A stretch of DNA of 64,000 nt from assembly GCA_963814995.1 (NCBI GenBank), contig CAWFFF010000001.1, positions 21,354 to 85,353 of the forward strand, given 5' to 3'. This stretch comes from an uncultured Actinomycetes bacterium. Its GTDB lineage: Bacteria > Actinomycetota > Acidimicrobiia > IMCC26256 > PALSA-610. Under the pieces are notes generated by a model, which was not told the DNA's origin, ran no database searches, and was given only the letters and a program-made list of their open reading frames with translations. The position numbers and the translations under genes are program-made. Positions 60,682-64,000 of this stretch are shown here, piece by piece. The first letter of the stretch is position 1. Each line of letters opens with the position of its first letter.

Positions 60682-61941
60682 GCGCCGGCAGCGCGCTACA
60701 CGATCATCTCCGCCGACGCCCACGCCGGGCTGCCATGCGAGGAGTACCGGCCGTACCTCGACAGTCGTTACCTCCCCCAGTTCGACGAGTTCCTCGCGGA
60801 GCGACAGGCGAACCGCGACGAGCAGATGGTGTTGAACTACGACTACATCACCAACTGGGAGACCGACCACGAGGAAGGGCTGCGCGGCGCGTACGACCCG
60901 GCGCAACGAGACAAGGAGATGGACGCCGACGGCGTCGCGGCCGAGGTGATCTTCCCCGACGCCGACGCGATCACGGGCATGGAGTCGCCGCCGTTCGGCG
61001 CAGGGCTCTCGGCGGGACAGATCGAAGATCCCGAGCTCGCGTTCGCGGGCGCGCGTGCGCACAACCGGTTCCTCGTCGAGCTGTGCGCGCAGAGCCCCGA
61101 ACGCCGGGCGGGCATCGGGCTCGTCCCGATCTGCCACGACATCGAGCGCGCGGTCGCGGAGATCGAATGGCTCGCCGGCAAGCCCGGCATCGGCGGGATC
61201 ATGGTCCCGACGATGTGGCGGGGGCACACGCCGTACAACCATCCCTCGTACGACCCGGTGTGGGCGGCGTGCCAGGCCGCCGGGTTCCCCGTGCACACGC
61301 ACTCCGGCGAGGCTCCGCGCGAGGAGATGAACGAGTTCATCGGGATCTACCTCGCCGAGGTGGTGTTCTGGACCCACCGCCCGATCGCGCACCTCCTCTT
61401 CAGCGGCGCGTTCGAACGGTTTCCCGACCTGAAGTTCGTCGTCACCGAGGGCGCTTGTTACTGGGTCGCCGACATGAAGTGGAAGTGGGACCAGTACTTC
61501 GGCGGTGGGCACACCACGAAGAAGATGGTCGCGCTGATGAAGGGCATCTTGTCGAAGCTGCCGTCGGAGTACTTCGGCACGAACATCTTCGTCGGGGCGT
61601 CGACGATGTCGAAGGAGGAGATCCGGCGCCGGCACACGATCGGTTGCGACGTCGCGATGTGGGGTACCGACTACCCGCATCCGGAAGGGACGTGGCCGAA
61701 CACGATCGCGCGTCTGCGCAGCGACTTCGGCGACGTGCCGGTCGGCGACACCCGGCAACTGCTCGGCGAGACCGCGGCGAAGTGCTACGGCTTCGATCTC
61801 GACGCGTTGCGACCGGTCGCCGAGCGCGTCGGCCCCACCCCCGCCGACCTCGGTCAGGACGCGAGTCTCGTCACCACCGCCGAGGAGCGGCGCGCGGCGG
61901 AGTGGTGGAAGGACGAGTACCACACTGCCTGGAATGGATAG
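60678..61941 (+). CDS. Amidohydrolase_2 family protein; the GTG start is out of frame with the body (probable 1-bp error near 60685)
   Basis: YTIISADAHAG, DADGVAAEVIFP, HTHSG, FERFPDLK, WGTDYPHPEGTWP. Confidence 0.88.
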
Positions 61942-61968
61942 ACCGGGACTGGCTGAGCGCCGCCGTGG

Positions 61969-63213
61969 CTACCACGCCTTGACGATCTGCTCCGCGTCGA
62001 ACGCGTTGCAGGTCGAGTCGGTGGGATAGTCGGCCGGGTCGAGCGGCACCGACACCTCGCCGACCGTCGGACCGACCTCGTTGCCGATCGTGCGCAGCAC
62101 ATCGAGATCGAACCCGTACACGCCCGCGGCCGTGGTCTCGAGCATCATGCGCGTCTCCGCGGGCGGGCACGGCGCGAACGCGGCGCGCAGGGCCTCTGTG
62201 GTGTACGGGTATGAGCCCTCGGAGTGCGGGTAGTCGGCGCCCCACATGATCCGGTCGACGCCGACCTCGTAGCGCAGCGCGCTCTCGGACGGGCGCAGGA
62301 AGCTCGCACCCACCCAGAAGTTGCGCCGGAAGTACTCGCTCGGCGTCAACGACATGCCCTTGGCGACGGCGCCGAAGAACACCGCCTCGGCCGCGCCGCC
62401 GTGCGTCATGCGGCGATGGAACCAGTCGAGGGTGTCGATGCCGCGCGGGATCCACGAGGTGCCCTGCTCGGTCAGCACGATCTTGAGGTTCGGGTGCCGT
62501 TCGAGCACGCCCCCGAAGATCAGGTGCCACACCGCGCGGTGCGCGAACCAGGCCAGCTCGATGAGCATGATCGCCCGGGCCGCCTCGTGCTCGCCGAAGT
62601 CGGGCAGGCCGCTGCCGCTGTGCACGTTCAGGACGATGTCGTTGGCTTCGCAGAAGTCCCAGAACGGTTCGTAGCGCGACTCCCACAGCGGCGGGATCTC
62701 GGAGTTGGGCGGCACGTTCGGCAGCAACACACCGCCGAACACGTTCATGTTGTCGTTCGCCCACGCGACCTCGCCGAGCGCGTCGTCGACGTCGTTGAGG
62801 AACACCTGCGCGAGCCCCGCGCGCCGACCGGGCGCGGCCGCGCAGAAGTCGGCCATCCACCGGTTGTGCGCCTGCAGCCCCGCCCAGCGCCGCTCGTAGT
62901 CGGCGGCCGTCGGCTCGAGCGCGGTGAGATTGCCCTGCGCGAAGAACGGCGGCACGGTGTTGGGGAACAGGACCTCGGCGACGACACCCTGCGATTCGGT
63001 CTCCTTCAGCCGCCGCTCGCTGTCCCAGTTGCGGTACGCGGTCGGTGCGAGCAGGTCGGCGTAGGGGTTGACGTACGCGTCGGCCCACGCGTCGAACTCG
63101 TCGTGCCACCGCGAGGCGAGATACGGCTTGTACTCGCGCAGCTCGGCGCCGGCGTGCCCGTCGACGGAGATGATCGTGTACCTACTCGCCGGGTCGAACG
63201 TTCGGTCGTCCAC
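61969..63213 (-). CDS. Amidohydrolase_2 family protein
   Basis: YTIISVDGHAG, GVVAEVLFPN, VLERHPNLK, WGADYPHSEG. Confidence 0.9.
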   Translation of the reverse strand: MDDRTFDPASRYTIISVDGHAGAELREYKPYLASRWHDEFDAWADAYVNPYADLLAPTAYRNWDSERRLKETESQGVVAEVLFPNTVPPFFAQGNLTALEPTAADYERRWAGLQAHNRWMADFCAAAPGRRAGLAQVFLNDVDDALGEVAWANDNMNVFGGVLLPNVPPNSEIPPLWESRYEPFWDFCEANDIVLNVHSGSGLPDFGEHEAARAIMLIELAWFAHRAVWHLIFGGVLERHPNLKIVLTEQGTSWIPRGIDTLDWFHRRMTHGGAAEAVFFGAVAKGMSLTPSEYFRRNFWVGASFLRPSESALRYEVGVDRIMWGADYPHSEGSYPYTTEALRAAFAPCPPAETRMMLETTAAGVYGFDLDVLRTIGNEVGPTVGEVSVPLDPADYPTDSTCNAFDAEQIVKAW

Positions 63214-63214
63214 G

Positions 63215-64000
63215 TCATCCTCCGGGCCGCGATCGGCCGAACGTTAGCCCGCGATCGCGCTCTCCGGACCGGGAGCCAGGACCGCGGCATCGCGGCGCTG
63301 GGCCTCGAGCCCGCGTGCGGAGCTCGTCGATCGGCAACGCCTTCGACCACAGCCAACCCTGGGCACGCGGGCAACCGAGCTCGAGGAGCAGACCGGCCTG
63401 CTCGGGTGTCTCCACCCCTTCCGCGACGACGTCGAGACCGAGGTCGTGCGCGAGCCCGATGACCCGGCGCACGATGGCCGCGTCCCGCGGATCGCTCGTG
63501 AAGTCCTTGATGAAGGTGCGGTCGATCTTGACCCGGTCGATCGTCAACGATCGCAGCAGTGTGAGCGACGAGTAGCCCGTGCCGAAGTCGTCGAGCGCGA
63601 CCTTCACGCCCAACTCGCGGGCCGCCGCGATCTCGAGCGCGGCCGCGTCCACGTCGGGCAGCACGGCCGTCTCGGTGATCTCGAGCCCGATCAGGCTCGG
63701 GTCGCAACCGGTGCGTTCGAGGAGCAGTGCGAGCTGACGGGCCGGCATGCCGCGCGTGAGGTGCGTGGCGGACACGTTGCACCAGATCCGGAAGTCGTCG
63801 ACGAGCCCGGCCGCCGCGAGCTCGGCCCGGGTCGTCACGGCACTGGCGACGATCGCGTCGTCGAGCGCGAACACGAGCCCGGTCTCCTCGGCCAGCGGGA
63901 CGAACTTCCAGGCGTCGAGGATGCCGCGCTCGGGGTGGTCCCAACGCGCGAGCGCCTCCGCGCCGACGTAACGGCCCGTCCGGAGATCGACCTCCGGTTG
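63215..64000 (-). CDS. EAL-domain c-di-GMP phosphodiesterase, C-terminal part; start outside window
   Basis: QPEVDL...AEALARW, LEITET, ALDDFGTGYSSL, KIDRTF, VVAEGVET, QGW. Confidence 0.9.
   Translation of the reverse strand, partial: QPEVDLRTGRYVGAEALARWDHPERGILDAWKFVPLAEETGLVFALDDAIVASAVTTRAELAAAGLVDDFRIWCNVSATHLTRGMPARQLALLLERTGCDPSLIGLEITETAVLPDVDAAALEIAAARELGVKVALDDFGTGYSSLTLLRSLTIDRVKIDRTFIKDFTSDPRDAAIVRRVIGLAHDLGLDVVAEGVETPEQAGLLLELGCPRAQGWLWSKALPIDELRTRARGPAPRCRGPGSRSGERDRGLTFGRSRPGG

Overview
High-GC actinobacterial chromosome segment, most like Acidimicrobiia (bS22 and bL37 ribosomal proteins, GYWLVASDGGVF-repeat surface protein, YabN-type MazG). Bases 1-15.6 kb are a conserved housekeeping block: mazG, a PPIase, mfd, pth, rplY, prs, glmU, tRNA-Gln, bS22, ispE, rsmA, tatD, metG, DUF192 and ychF. 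Bases 21-64 kb are mostly lipid/aromatic catabolism, a copper-uptake cluster, a Liv-type ABC transporter and surface proteins. Many genes, including essential ones, carry single-base frameshifts, which is best explained by long-read assembly error. Three things stand out. (1) A 5.3 kb integrative element, bounded by a perfect 40-bp direct repeat, sits in the 5' end of the bL37 gene and encodes a tyrosine integrase, a SIR2-like protein, a lone HK97-type major capsid-like protein, a structured intergenic segment, a winged-HTH protein and a RelA/SpoT synthetase-domain protein. (2) A stand-alone ~165-aa protein resembles the N-terminal (WED/REC) half of TnpB, stops just before RuvC, and lies divergent from an RsrR-type Rrf2 regulator. 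(3) The YchF homologue has degenerate nucleotide-binding motifs. All protein family calls are by motif recognition by eye; no database searches were run.
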